A DNA stretch of 64,000 nucleotides, from contig NC_083288.1 in assembly GCF_963506605.1 (NCBI RefSeq), positions 4,774,001-4,838,000 on the forward strand, read 5' to 3'. Made by a program: the position numbers and the translations under genes. Origin of the DNA: Zootoca vivipara. Taxonomy: Eukaryota. Numbering within the stretch: position 1 is the first letter of the stretch; the number at the start of each line of letters is the position of its first letter. The notes under the pieces were generated by a model. That model was not told the DNA's origin, made no database searches, and saw nothing but the letters and a program-made list of their open reading frames with translations. Below, piece by piece: positions 12,991-26,221 of the stretch.

Positions 12991-13187
12991 GACTGTGAAG
13001 TGATTTCTGAGTGTATTTGAAGAGTTGTCGGCTCAGGATACGTTCTGGTTAACACACCATTAAATTCTCTAGGATGGATGTCTTCTTTCTGTAGGTCTAA
13101 TCCATGATCATACACATCCTTTTTGCCTCTGCTGAGGTTCATCATCGTTGTTGCACCACCGGTGGCAATTTATACGGTTGCGCTGGT

Positions 13188-13398
13188 GAGAGCCAGTGTG
13201 GTGTAGTGGTTAAGTCTCGTAATCTGGGGAACCGGGTTCGCGTCTCCGCTCCTCCACATGCAGCTGCTGGATGACCTTGGGCTAGTGACACTTCTTTGAA
13301 GTCTCTCAGCCCCACTCACCTCACAGAGTGTTTGTTGTGGGGGAGGAAGGGAAAGGAGAATGTTAGCCACTTTGAGACTCCTTCGGGTAGTGATAAAG
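13188..13398 (+). mobile_element. tRNA-derived SINE (Squam3-like), running into the gap
   Basis: A-box tggtgtagtggtta and B-box gggttcgcgtc; second copy at 26961-27158. Confidence 0.75.
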
Positions 13399-13530
13399 NN
13401 NNNNNNNNNNNNNNNNNNNNNNNNNNNNNNNNNNNNNNNNNNNNNNNNNNNNNNNNNNNNNNNNNNNNNNNNNNNNNNNNNNNNNNNNNNNNNNNNNNNN
13501 NNNNNNNNNNNNNNNNNNNNNNNNNNNNNN
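13399..13530. other. Assembly gap (132 N)
   Basis: Run of N. Confidence 1.
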
Positions 13531-15417
13531 ACTCATTTAAGCCCTTCCCCTGATAATTCTTTATGCTATTGTTTTTTCTTCTTCAGCTTATCAAAAATGT
13601 TTCTTCCTCATGTGAATAAGAGCAGGAGAGGGAATCCAGAGGTACTGCTGTAAGAGGCCCAGAACCTGTAAGAGGGTCTGAGTTTTCATTAAGAAAATAA
13701 GCAAGTATCTAACTTTTTTAGAATGAAAGCTGTGCAACAAAATGGGCAGACACCATTTGAAGCAAATGCTTTGTGAGGTATGAACACTTTTCAGTGTTTT
13801 AGCCAATAAGTGAAGTCTTAGCTCTGATTTACGAGTGCAATTACTTTTTCAGCGGGAACTCACCAGAACTCAGTTCTGGCACCTCTCTGGCACTAACAGG
13901 GGAGGCGTTCACGGTGAGTTTCGGCACCTCTTTTTTAGAAAAACAGCACTGATGAGTGCTATGCATGAATTCTGAGTTAGACACATATTGGAGAAGAAGC
14001 AAAAAACAGCACCAACATAACCCAGGAAGTCCTTTCTCCATACAACATAATGGAGACTTCCTGGCTCATTTTGAAGCTGTGTTTGGCCTTCCTTGGTTTC
14101 CATGTGACTGTTTTTTCCTCTGAGATTTTTAGAAGGTATTTTAGTGCACCTGTACCGAGGCAATACATGTCCACTCAAAAGCAAAAGGCAGTATCAAAGA
14201 CAAAAGTTTGTCCTCTCTCAGACAAATTTACTTTCATGCAAAAAGGTTTAAGGCTTGGTCTTGTCTGTTGACAAAAGGCATCAAAGTCCCAGCCTTGAAT
14301 TCACTATGCATATAAGAAAACCTTTTGAGTTCCCCCTGCCCCCTAATGCCAGAAATGTATTATGACTTTTACAATAGTACAGTCACTTATGGTAGTTAGT
14401 TTATGGAGCAGCTGTCAGGTGTTTTATCAAGCCTCTCTTTGGTACCTCTCTTGGGAATAAGACCATAAAGTACCATCTGGCTGAGATCAAGATACAAGTG
14501 CTTGACCTCCACATACAGTCCCCGTCAAGCACTTCATTTGGAGCTGGCAAGATGATCAGAACCTGAACATACTGTTCTGTGCAGCTTTGTAATTTGGCAG
14601 CATAGAAATGTTCTGCAAATAAACCAAAGTCCACCAGGCTTGTCAGACGCGTAGGCCATACTGAGATTTTAGAAGAGCTGCACTTTTCTGAAAGCAGATA
14701 ATAATTGTACGACAAGCAGTAGACACCAAAGTTTTTGAATCCCTTGTAAGGGTTTCCCAGACTGTTCCAGACAAGGTAATATAAACAGCCTTCTCAAGAA
14801 CAAAGAAAGGATTTTGAAAAATTTAAGAGCTCTGTGTGACTTTCAGAGGTTTCCCTCCATCAGTTGTCATCTGTAGGTTTGGAGAGGACTGAAGTAAATG
14901 GTCATGCTTAGAGATGAGGAGAGGTTAAGCCATTCAGTTATATCATGAACTTGCACCCAAAAAGTGCCTAAGTTGAAATGGAAGAGAACACATCAATTGT
15001 GAATGGCACGTATGTTTAAAAGGTGGGCTTTTCACCAACAAAAGTGTCAGCAGGAACAGACTTTTCTCCCAAATCCAACTTACAATGTTGGATTCACAAT
15101 TACCGGTAATGAATGTTACCAATGTGTTTTGCCATTTGAATCCAGCTGTGCTGTTTATACCAGAGTCCCCCAAACTGAACTGTGAATTGGCCTTCAAACT
15201 CCTAGAATGTTTCCCAATGCAAAAACATGCCCTGTTGCTGTTGTGATGTTGGCATACTGCTTTTCCCCTTAAGAAGACTAGCTGCCACTGAAGCAACAGG
15301 ACTTTGGCAGAGGCTGGATGGGCATCTAACAGGGATGCTGCTGTTGAGTCTTGCATTGTAGGTCCTGCATTATTAAAGAAGCATGCTGCTAAACCTGTGC
15401 CTAATACTCTAATTTTT

Positions 15418-16203
15418 CCGGAAGAAATATCAACAACCTCAGGTATGCAGATGCCACAACCTTGATGGCAGAAAGTGAGGAGGAATTAAAGAACCTTTTA
15501 ATGAGGGTGAAAGAGGAGAGCGCAAAATATGGTCTGAAGCTCAACATCAAAAAAACCAAGATCATGGCCACGGGTCCCATCACCTCCTGGCAAATAGAAG
15601 GGGAAGAAATGGAGGCAGTGAGAGATTTTACTTTCTTGGGCTCCTTGATCACTGCAGATGGTGACGCCTGCTTCTTGGGAGAAAAGCAATGACAAACCTA
15701 AACAGCATCTTAAAAAGCAGAGACATCACCTTGCCTACAAAGGTCCATATAGTTAAAGCTATGGTTTTCCCAGTAGTGATGTATGGAAGTGTGAGCTGGA
15801 CCATAAAGTAGGCTGATCGCCGAAGAATTGATGCTTTTGAATTGTGGTGCTGGAGGAGACTCTTGAGAGTCCCATGGACTGCAAGAAGATCAAACCTATC
15901 CATTCTGAAGGAAATCAGCCCTGAGTGCTCACTGGAAGGACAGATCGTGAAAGCTGAGGCTCCAATACTTTGGCCACCTCATGAGAAGAGAAGACTCCCT
16001 GGAAAAGACCCTGATGTTGGGAAAGATTGAGGGCACAAGGAGAAGGGGACGACAGAGGACGAGATGGTTGGACAGTGTTCTCGAAGCTACGAACATGAGT
16101 TTGACCAAACTGCGGGAGGCAGTGGAAGACAGGAGTGCCTGGCGTGCTCTGGTCCATGGGGTCACAAAGAGTCAGACACGACTAAATGACAACAACAACA
16201 ACA
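15418..16203 (+). mobile_element. Bov-B (RTE) LINE, 5'-truncated, decayed RT C-terminus
   Basis: AESEEELK…GLKLNIKKTKIM, WCWRRLLRVPWTARRSN, LEKTLMLGKIEG; (CAA)n tail; TSD-like AATACTCTA(A)TTTTT. Confidence 0.95.
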
Positions 16204-17580
16204 ATACTCTATTTTTAAAATGCTTGCAAATCGACAGGGATGCATGAGCATGAGCATACCAGTATAGCAATACTCATTTATTGAATTAAGTTTCATTAAT
16301 TTACACACATCCTAGGAGAACTTAGCAAATAACGATGAATGAAATCTAATCTAGGGGGTATGATCTGGTTGTGGCAGCCCCCTGGTACAGCAGCCATTCC
16401 ATGAGCAGAAACCCTGTCCTTGCAGCCAAATCCAAAAGGTGTCTTACACGGGCAAAAGTGTTGTTCATCGTTTACCTGTTGTACTCAGTTTTTTATTCTT
16501 ACATTTGTGTAATAATAATAGCTTGCGGAACAGTGCCAAATCTCCCACTTTTCATGCCACCATTACATGGGATCTCAGTGCACTGTTAGATTCTCAGTGC
16601 CAGGGCTTGGTCTGAAGGCATAGGATGCAAAAGCTTTTCTGAAGCTGAGCAGTTTTGGTCTAGTCAGTGCTTGGATAAGAGACTGTCTGGCTACTACACT
16701 TGGTATTGGCCAATGGAGGAATGGTTTGGACATGGCTGAGATGGCAAAATCCACATGTTATAGACTTCTTGTGTGGAGAAGAAAATGAAATAATGACATT
16801 TGGGTTTGAAGGCTGAAGATAATGTTGGTTTATAGAAAGTACTCTTGCTGGGTGTTATGTTGGAGTGGATGAGTTGAATAATGTTTATATATAGCTGACA
16901 GGCAAAGAATCTAAAGTTTTTAGTTTCTTAACTTTATTTCCCCCCTTTAATCGTTTTTCTATCTCTCTATCTCTACCTGTTTCTCTTTATTTTATTTTTT
17001 CTTCTTATTCTCTCTCTCTCCCTCTGGATCTGTGTTGCTGTTTTTCCCCAGATTAGCGCTTTAGTTTGGATAAAAAAGATATTGGATAATATTCTTAGTA
17101 ATTCTCTTTTAAAATTCTAATAAAATTTATTTTTTAAAAAAGATAAAAGTGCCCGGGAACTCCCCTTTAGTTCTAAAAAGAAAGAGGCAGGATATAAATT
17201 AAATAAGTTAATTGAAAGTTATTCCCTTTCTTTGCACAAAAGCATCAAACATTGTTGGAAATAAATGTTAATCCTGAATCCAAATTAAAGTCTAGTGGGT
17301 TTTGGAGGTTCCTGCATAAGTTTGTTCCTTGTTTTCTAAACGATGGTGACAAAAAGGACTGTATTTAGGGAAACGGAGGAAGCCACATTTTTTTCTTGCC
17401 AAAACAAACGTACGCAGACATGTGTAATCTACGCATTTCAGTGCATGTGAAAATATTTGGTGCTGCAAAGTAACTTCCTTGGGTGAAAAGAGAGAGGAAA
17501 TCAAAACTACTTTAGTCATTGAACATAGGGAATTTGTTTATGAATATCATTTCCTGACAGACACATTCAGCCCAGAACTA

Positions 17581-19651
17581 CCGTGTTTCCCCTTTTTTAA
17601 GACACCGTCTTATAACTTTTTTCTCTCAAAAAAACACAGGGTGGCTTATTTTCAGTGGGATGTCTTATTTTTTATTATGGTTTTTACTTTACGGTCTCCT
17701 CGGCCGGGCCGCTGGCTCGGGGCACTGCTGGGCTCTCTGAGTGCTCGGCGCTGCAGCAGCCGCCAGTTCCACTCACCATTGTCCACAGATACCAGATTCC
17801 CATGCCCTGGCCCAAATGGCAATGCTGCTTATTCAAAGGGTTGTCAGAATTGTGTTTTTATCTTTTGGAAATCCAGCCATTAGGCTAGCTTGTGTCTTAA
17901 ATTTCAACTTCAGAATGATTTGGCTTGAGACCTGTTCTGAGGAAGGAGAAGGGCATCAGCATAATTTTATGAGCAATTGTTAGATATGTTCACTTACGGG
18001 GATACTGTATGGGATTGCAGACTTTTGTTTTGAAAAACAATAGCCCTCGAGACAGGGCTGGAAGACAGAGCCAGGGCAGATAGAGCAGAAGCAGAGTCTG
18101 GAAGTATCCCACTGACTGAAAAAGAGCAAGTTTAGAATCTACCAGATCAGAATGCAGCTGCCTCCAGAAGGTCAGGTAGCTCTGTAAATTGGAGGTTTTA
18201 AAAGACACCCCAGTTGTCACCAGAACTGGGTATCTCAATACAGGAATGCCTGAGCAGGGACCACAGAAATACTGGGCTAGCAAGCCACACTTGGCCCTCG
18301 TCAGGGGCAAACTCATCCTTTGAAGCAGACACACTCTGCTGTGGTATGGATGAGTGCCCCCATGGCACTTTCTGCTGGGGAAAACAACAGAGGCTGGAGT
18401 GCCGTGAAGCACACTTGTCTGCAGCAAGAGCCTTACAAGCCAAGGGAAAGCATGCGCTTGTTTTGCTCTGGGCGGCGGGATGGCAGGTGTCCTCGGCTGG
18501 GCGGAGGCGAGGCCGTTGGCTCCGGCACTCCGCCCGGCGCTGCTGGGTTCTCCGAGCTACTGGGCGCTCCGTGCGCTCCAGCAGCCGGTTCAGGGCGGCG
18601 GGATGGCGGGCGTCCTCGGCTGGGCGGAGGCGGGGCCGTTGGCTCCGGCGCTCCGCACGGCGCTGCTGCGTTCTCCGAGCTGCTGGGCACTCCGCGCACT
18701 CCAGCAGCCGGTTCAGGGCGGCGGGATGGCGGGCGTCCTCGGCTGGGCGGAGGCGAGGCCGTTGGCTCCGGCACTCCGCCCGGCGCTGCTGGGTTCTCCG
18801 AGCTGCTGGGCGCTCCGCGCGCTCCAGCAGCCGGTTCAGGGCGGCGGGATGGCGGGCGTCCTCGGCTGGGCGGAGGCGGGGCCGTTGGCTCCGGCGCTCC
18901 GCCCGGCGCTGCTGGGTTCTCCGAGCTGCTGGGCGCTCCGCGCGCTCCAGCAGCCGGTTCAGGGCGGCGGGATGGCGGGCGTCCTCGGCTGGGCGGAGGC
19001 GAGGCCGTTGGCTCCGGCACTCCGCCCGGCGCTGCTGGGTTCTCCGAGCTGCTGGGCGCTCCGCGCGCTCCAGCAGCCGGTTCAGGGCGGCGGGATGGCG
19101 GGCGTCCTCGGCTGGGCGGAGGCGGGGCCGTTGGCTCCGGCGCTCCGCCCGGCGCTGCTGGGTTCTCCGAGCTGCTGGGTGCTCCGCGCGCTCCAGCAGC
19201 CGGTTCAGGGTGGCGGGATGGCAGGCTTCCTCGGCCGGGTGGAGGCGAGTCCGCTGGCTCCGGCGCTCCACTCGGCACTGCTGGATCCTCCAAGCTGCTG
19301 GGCGCTCTGTGCACTCCAGCAGCTGGTTCAGCGCCGTGGGATGGCAGGCCTCCTTGGCCGGGTGGAGGTGAGGCCGCTGGCTCCGGCACTCCGCCCGGCG
19401 CTCTGAGTTGCTGGGCGCTCCGCGCTCCAGCAGCCAGTTCTGGGTGGCGGGACAGCATGCAGGCCTCACCCTCCTGCTGCTGCCACAGCTGGCGTGCTAG
19501 GTCCCGCTGGCTGGCTGGGGCGCTTGGCGGTCTCGCTCCACATGTCATGGGTGTATGTCTTATTTTCGGGGTATGTCTTATGTTTTGCAAAAGCTTAAAA
19601 ATCCTGCCATGGCTTACTTTATGACTATGTCTTAAAAAAGGGGAAACACGG
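17581..19651. mobile_element. Non-autonomous Tc1/mariner (Tc2/pogo-like) element, 2071 bp, with internal cargo and minisatellite
   Basis: Perfect 24-bp TIR CCGTGTTTCCCCTTTTTTAAGACA; TA flanks; subterminal GTCTTATTTT motifs. Confidence 0.9.
18470..19455. repeat. GC/CpG-rich 123-bp tandem repeat, about 8 units
   Basis: Period 123 (e.g. 18481/18604/18727); 41-aa periodicity in the ORF track. Confidence 0.95.
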
Positions 19652-20110
19652 TAAGTGTTGCAAAGTGTGGGGGAGGGATGTGAAATTTGAAGCTGCCTGA
19701 TGTTAAGCAGTAAATGTCTGCTCTGATGGATGGTGGCTTTCCAGCGTGAATATGGCAAAAAATACAAGCGCACATTGCAAGAAATATTTCAAGAGCAAAG
19801 CACCATACCTGGGGGCTGTATAGGGAAATGTGCAGGAAGGAGTAGAACAAATTGATGTATTTGTTATATTGATATATATGATGCAGAACAAAGTCATATA
19901 GTATACTTGTCATGTACTAAGTTGCATATGTGAAATGGAACAAGACTACATTCTGCATATTGAGTTAAGCTGTAGGGAGGTGATGGCCATGCGGGGGGGA
20001 AAACTTCTGGTTTGACTTTGTGACCTTGATCAGATAAGTTAAGACTTCTCAGTCTTTTAACTAGAGGTGCCACGCACAAGTATGCAGACTCTGTCATGCA
20101 ATGAATAGAG

Positions 20111-20246
20111 CAGGCATCCCCAAACTTCGGCCCTCCAGATGTTTTGGACTACAATTCCCATCATCCCCGACCACTGGTCTTGTTAGCTAGGGATCATGGG
20201 AGTTGTAGGCCAAAACATCTGGAGGGCCGCAGTTTGGGGATGCCTG
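20111..20246. mobile_element. 136-bp hAT MITE
   Basis: 8-bp TSD GAATAGAG. Confidence 0.92.
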
Positions 20247-20673
20247 GAATAGAGCATAGCATTTCTATAGCCCTTTTGAAAACTACTCCACATAATTCAT
20301 CTCGATGATCCTTGCACCAGCTGTGCAAGGTAAACTAGAATAATCTCCAGACTCATGACCTCCAGAACGAAGGACTACATTCAAGTAACCACACACACAA
20401 AACCCCTTTTGGTTTAACATGTTGCGTTTAAAGGCTTCCCATGTTCACTCAAGTTCCAGAATGCTATGAAACTGCAGCTGTTAAGGGCAGACATCACCTT
20501 ATCTGTCATGTAGAGAAATTGCTTTCTTGGAATGGAAGGGCTATTGGGATCGCAGCCCACGTACCCAGGAAAACAGTCAGAAATCTGCACTTCAGGAAAT
20601 ATCTCTCCAAAGTTTCAAGAAATAGATTCCCAATTCACAAGGAGGTGAATGGTGTTGAGAAACTCAGAAACTA

Positions 20674-20678
<5 letters not shown>

Positions 20679-20722
<44 letters not shown>
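20679..20722. repeat. (TA)n microsatellite
   Basis: Seen directly. Confidence 0.95.
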
Positions 20723-20725
<3 letters not shown>

Positions 20726-20767
20726 CAAATACAGCTAATAGCTAGGTATGCTTCTAAGGTGATTTAA

Positions 20768-21124
20768 AAGGTAAAGGTAAAGGGACCCCTGACCATTAGG
20801 TCCAGTCGTGACCGACTCTGGGGTTGCGCGCTCATCTCGCATTATTGGCCGAGGGAGCCGGTGTATAGCTTCCAGGTCATGTGGCCAGCATGACAAAGCC
20901 ACTTCTGGCAAACCAGAGCAGCACATGGAAACACCGTTTACCTTCCCGCTGTAGCGGTACCTAATTATCTACTTGCACTTTGATGTGCTTTCGAACTGCT
21001 AGGTTGGCAGGAGCTGGGACCAAGCAACGGGAGCTCACCCCGTCACAGGGATTCGAACCGCCGACCTTCTGATCAGCAAGCCCTAGGCTCAGTGGTTTAG
21101 CCCACAGCGCCACCTGGGTCCCCC
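20768..21124 (-). mobile_element. Full-length Sauria SINE
   Basis: tRNA-like head, (ACCTTT)n tail, 12-bp TSD AAGGTGATTTAA. Confidence 0.95.
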
Positions 21125-21653
21125 AAGGTGATTTAACTGTGCGCCTAAAAAGCTAATGTGATGTGACAAATGTGTGTCTGCAGGCATGGCTATCATTACA
21201 AGAATGGCAGTCCGCACCTGCAATGTGTACATTTGGTGGCAAATAGCTCTCTATTGACCCAAATAGGCACCACTGACACATTCCCAGCACTGCCCACCAG
21301 GCTACATAGACAACGTGCAACATCCAAAACCTTTGCACCAGGCAGGCAACTCACCATGTGGCCTGCACACCCTTCGCACATCCAGCTAGCTATGTCCATA
21401 ATGCTTTAATCGCCCACAAATAGGGTCCCCCAAGAAATCTCCCCAAGTCTTTATCATGGTCATTTTTCATTGGGAAAAAGAATCTCTGCTATTCTATTTG
21501 CTGTATATGCAACATTTTTGACAGATTTACAAGACCCCATTTTGTGGCCCATAATGCCACACACACACTGAAAGTGTTGAAGATAATTATGGTTTTCCAA
21601 ATGCAATAGTTCAAATACTTAGAACAGTTTTCCTCCCCTCACATCTTTGGCAG

Positions 21654-21774
21654 ATGTCCCCAAGCGAATCGCAAAATGATTTACAGAAGAAAAAACGGCG
21701 TGCCCCTCCCCCACCGACTCCTCCAATGCGGAACAGGACAGAAGAAATGGAAGACAAGAGGAAAAGCACCGTTG
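21654..21774 (+). CDS. COBL: COBL coding exon with KRAP motif ([40 protein letters not shown])
   Basis: tttggcag acceptor, gtaaga donor, 121 nt (phase 0-1); DLQKKKRRAP motif typical of COBL. Confidence 0.95.
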
Positions 21775-22320
21775 GTAAGAACAATTTGTTATGATTGCAC
21801 CTGATGCATGTGCTTTATGCTGATATGCAAGTTGTGTGATAAATTACCGGTAGTACTAATAGTAACATATTCCCACCTGGACAAGAAACAGTGTAATCTG
21901 GAAAATTATTAACATGACAGAATGAAAGTCTGGAAATAAGAAATAATCTATATTTTATGAATTGGTTGAAGAACTCTGCTGGAGTAGATAGATGGATAGA
22001 TAGATAGAGTGTGCAACATATAGTGTATGTTAAATAATTGGTTATATTTCAGTTTTTATTGTAATGTTGAATATTAAACAGCACTCTCCTGGTGCTTTAA
22101 CATTCCTTTCTTAGGTACTCAGACAACATTCCCCCACCTTTATCTAGCTACAGAAATTACTTACGAAAAAGTGTTGTATATTGTATATATACAAGGACAA
22201 TAAAACCCAACTTAATGGTTGTTGTTTCATGAGTATATATTGGATATTATGGGCAAAGTTGTCCCATGTCTAGAAATAATAAGTTGTAAATCAGTCCAGG
22301 GCAAAAAAGGCACACTCTTC

Positions 22321-22392
22321 CAAATTTCAAATGAATTTCAAATTTCAAATGAATTTCAAATTTCAAATGAATTTCAAATTTCAAATGAATTT
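22321..22392. repeat. 18-bp tandem repeat x4 (CAAATTTCAAATGAATTT)
   Basis: Seen directly. Confidence 0.9.
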
Positions 22393-23340
22393 GGTTCAGC
22401 TGAAAATTCTTCGCAATCAGTTGGTGTTATACTTAGTCACATCCTTAGCAAGCTGCCATTTGATGGATTGCTAAAACCTATGAGAGAAATCATACACAGC
22501 AGCAATAACCAACCAGTACATTAAATTAATCAAGTTACAGCTTTTGTGATGCATTTAAGATTCCATCTGATGGCTTCATGTTCCCTAAGCAACCAGTACA
22601 TGCATAAATGAACACTCTTAATTGCTTACATTACAAATGCCTCCCATTTTGGAAGAAACCGTTTGGCTTTATGTCTATCTTTATTTCCACTAAATTACCT
22701 CATATTTAGTGTTCCAATTTTTAAGTAGCAATAGAAATCCATTAGCTTGGGTATCACTGGTGTGCTTGTTTATATATCTAGAAAGAATGTTGTTATAAAG
22801 GACTATTTTTAGAACATTGTACATCCCTTTAATCTCTCTAGATGCTACCGTATAACCTTACTGTTCCCACAAGGGGTACCATCTTGAATAATATATTGAG
22901 GGGGCCCAGGTAAGCCCTGGCCGGCACAATCAATCACAGGATGCAGCACGCACACACCATTTGAATGGCAATGGCCATCAACTTTGGGGGGGGCAAAGGG
23001 ACTTTGGCCCCTAAGAGTTTGCTCCTATGGTTTCCAACCACCCACATTCTACCTCTATATTTACTGGTGACAATGAAAGTTTTGAATTATACCCTGATAA
23101 TTTCATGCCGTTGCACAGAACATGTTGGATGAAAGAGAATCAGGCATGTGGTTTAATGAGCAAAGCGTCAGGCTTAGCCTGAGGAGATCACGATTCCAGT
23201 ACCCCCTCTCAGCCGTGGAGCTCACTGGTGTTGTTCGGCCTGTTGCTCTCAGCTAATTTGCAAGAAAAAGTATGTGGGGGGATTTGCCACCCCACCATCC
23301 TTGGAGGAAGGTAGACGTCTAACAAATGACATGTCCACAG

Positions 23341-23690
23341 CATACCTGCCAAGTTGCTGTCAGAGAAATAAGGGACCGGGCCGGAAATAGCAGACCGGAA
23401 GTAGCGCTGCCGCTATTTTGGAACTGGGCGGAGCATGCTCAGAAGTGACTTTTGATGCTGCTTTGCCCAGTTCCAAAATGGCCGCCGCACCAGAAGTCGC
23501 ACTGCAGCCATTTTGGAACTGGGCAGAGCAGCATAAAAAGTCGCTTCTGAGCATGCTCTGCCCAGTTCCAAAATGGCCGCCGCGCCAGAATAAACTGGGG
23601 AAAAACAAAAAAAATCCGTTTTTTCAGCTAGGAACAGCTGGAAAAACGGGGATTTCCCAGGGAAAACAGGAGATGACTTGTTGACTTATG
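23341..23690. mobile_element. Probable non-autonomous DNA element with internal tandem palindromes
   Basis: Imperfect terminal inverted repeats (catacctgccaagt / acttgttgacttatg); two ttttggaactgggc…gcccagttccaaaatggccgcc units. Confidence 0.5.
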
Positions 23691-24495
23691 CCCCACTTAG
23701 TGTGTGTTGGCCGACATGTTTTACATAAATTTAAAGCACTATAGCAAGGATGGGGAACTTGTGACATTCCAGACGTTTCTGGACTCAAGTTCTCATCAGC
23801 CTCAGTCAACATGGTCAGGGTTCTGAGAGTTGTAGTTCTGCAATGTCTGGAGGGAAATAAGTCGCAGTGCCTCCATTATAACTTCTAAGAATGTTTGCAG
23901 AATTTAACAGCATTTATATGAATGGGTGTTTTGGTGATATCCAGTTAAATAATAGAGTAGACCCATTGAAATAAATCAACTTTACGCCAGGCAATTGATT
24001 TGAATGCATCTACTCTGAGTAGGAGAGGTGGATGAAAGAGAATAAAATATGATACAAGGGAAGAATGATGGGTCAGCTGACCTGATCAGACAACGCAAGA
24101 CCACAAATAGGGCTTGAAGTAAGGAAAATATATATTGCACAAGGCAGTACCTTGTGGTATTCTGAGCACACGCTTTGAAGTTTTTGATTATCATTTAAAA
24201 AATACTCCAAAGCATGCCTACACAATACCATACTTGCAAATTATACCATCCAGCAGGCTTTCTCACAATTATGAAAAACGGTGTTTGATTGATTTTCCTA
24301 GATGCCCACGACTTAAAAACAGTCAGTATTTATTAGTCGACACATAGACACTTTGGCATAGCCAACTTCCCAGATGCTAATCGGTGGATGGCAGTTTGGA
24401 AAAAGTGGTTTTCACATGCAATCGGAGCAACACTAAGCAATAGATATTTGACGATGATAAAAGTAACTAGTAAATTCCAATTGATTCCCCTGTAG

Positions 24496-24666
24496 GTAAT
24501 GGACGGCACGTGCCACAAAAGCCTCCTAGAGGCACCCCACGTGGCCCACCCCAGTTAGTGATCCCCCCACCCCCACCATACCCTCCTCCTGACAGAGATA
24601 CTATGGATCCAACCGTATTGTACAGTGAAGCCGATGTTACAGACCCACCCAAGCTGGTACCTAAAC
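24496..24666 (+). CDS. COBL: COBL coding exon, 171 nt, symmetric phase 1-1 (GNGRHVPQKPPRGTPRGPPQLVIPPPPPYPPPD…)
   Basis: ccctgtag acceptor, gtatgt donor; VPQKPPRG..GPPQLV.PPPPPYPPPD recalled from COBL. Confidence 0.9.
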
Positions 24667-25355
24667 GTATGTTTGAATAATTGCATATTTCTTTTTCTTT
24701 ACTTCTGGGAAAGGGGGGGGGGCTTTTCCAGACTTTCCTCTGTTCTCTTTCCAGTCATACATGTGCTTTCCTCTCCAGTCTGTCTCCTTTAAAAAAAAAT
24801 GTGCAATGCATTATATTAATTTGACTAATATATTTGTTTCAAGAATGTCAACTCTTTACTGGTAACAATCATGATCTTACTTCATGCATTTGGATACGAA
24901 AATGAGATTCTTTATTTGTTATTTGTTTTTGTTTTTTATAAAGTTTATTTATTTATTTATCTTTGGTTTTCTTGTTGTTTCCTCTCATTTCAACATAGCT
25001 TTGTTCTTTTTTCCCTCGCTTTCAATGAACATTGTAGCCCATTTTCCACAAAAATACTTTTTTGAGTTATAATATTAAATAGCCCACATTTATTCTCGTA
25101 TCTGTCTAGTTTTTACAGTCTACAGCTCTGCCTTTTTCAAAAGCACCTGACTTATCATAGGTATAAAACTGTGTTGGGGGGGAGGGGAGACGGCATTTTT
25201 AAATGCTAAAAAAGTAATAATGAAGAACAAAATTCACAGTTTTTCATTAAATTTTGACTGTTTTTTAATAGAAGTTTTGTAAATGTATTTGCATCTGCAG
25301 TCAGGAATGGAGCAAGATTGGAGGGGAAAATATCATGAAAACTAACCATTGTCTA

Positions 25356-25708
25356 GGGACGCAGGTGGCGCTGTGGTCTCTAAACCACAGAGCCTAGGGC
25401 TTGCCAATCAGAAGGTCGGCGGTTCGAATCCCCGCAACGGGGTGAGCTCCCGTTGCTCGGTCCCAGCTCCTGCCCACCTAGCAGTTCGAAAGCATGTCAG
25501 AGTGCAAGTAGATAAATAGCTACCACTCCAGCGGGAAGGTAAACAGCGTTTCTGTGCGCTGCTCTGGTTTGCCAGAAGCGACTTAGTCATGCTGGCCACA
25601 TCACCCGGAAGCTGTACGCCGGCTCCCTCGGCCAATAAAGCGAAATGAGCGCCGCAACCCCAGAGTTGTCCGCGACTGGACCTAACGGTCAGAGGTCCCT
25701 TTACCTTT
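25356..25708 (+). mobile_element. Full-length Sauria SINE
   Basis: Head GGGACGCAGGTGGCGCTG, tail; TSD TAACCATTG. Confidence 0.95.
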
Positions 25709-26221
25709 AACCATTGCCTGGGTTAAAGCAGCCTGCCTCTTTTTTACAGACAGTTTGGAACTGTATGGACAGGGCCCCCCAGTATTACTGACTACCCATC
25801 TGCTGACAGGGCAAGAAGGAAGGCTGACTTGAGACAGCACTGGTGGGGGCCACATTTCTGTCACAGTAACAAAACTGGGACCTGAGCCCTTCCATCTAAA
25901 ACAACTTAAGGGGGATGGGGAGTTTGAAGAGTCTGTCTCTGATTCTTCCCCTGCCTAATACCCAAGTTCCAGAGTCAGTGGCCTAAAGGAACCCAACTAG
26001 ATATGGAGAGCAAGTTCAAGGGAAAGCTAGTGTTTGCTAAGGTTAGGGATGGGGGACAAATTTGATTCAGTTTGCATTTAAAGCCGAATTTATCATAGCC
26101 TCACCTTCCAAAAAAATACAAGATTCAAAACACAGCCGTCCAAAATGTGCATGTCTATGAAGTTGTGATTTTTTTCCTTTACAATATTTTATTTTCAAAA
26201 CAAAAACACAGCAAAACAGTA

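Noticed and set aside
17776-17936. Minus-strand AG…GTGAGT exon-like segment in the transposon cargo
   Set aside because: Stops in all three frames
18198-19773. Five overlapping ORFs of 308-446 aa
   Set aside because: They arise from a stop-poor, GC-rich 123-bp repeat inside a transposon and are open on both strands; there is no evidence of a gene
22219-22524. ORF with QISNEF repeats
   Set aside because: Intronic 18-bp tandem duplication with no splice support
25356-25440. tRNA genes at SINE heads (also near 13190, 42380, 58430, 62952)
   Set aside because: A and B boxes belong to tRNA-derived SINEs; no complete cloverleaf
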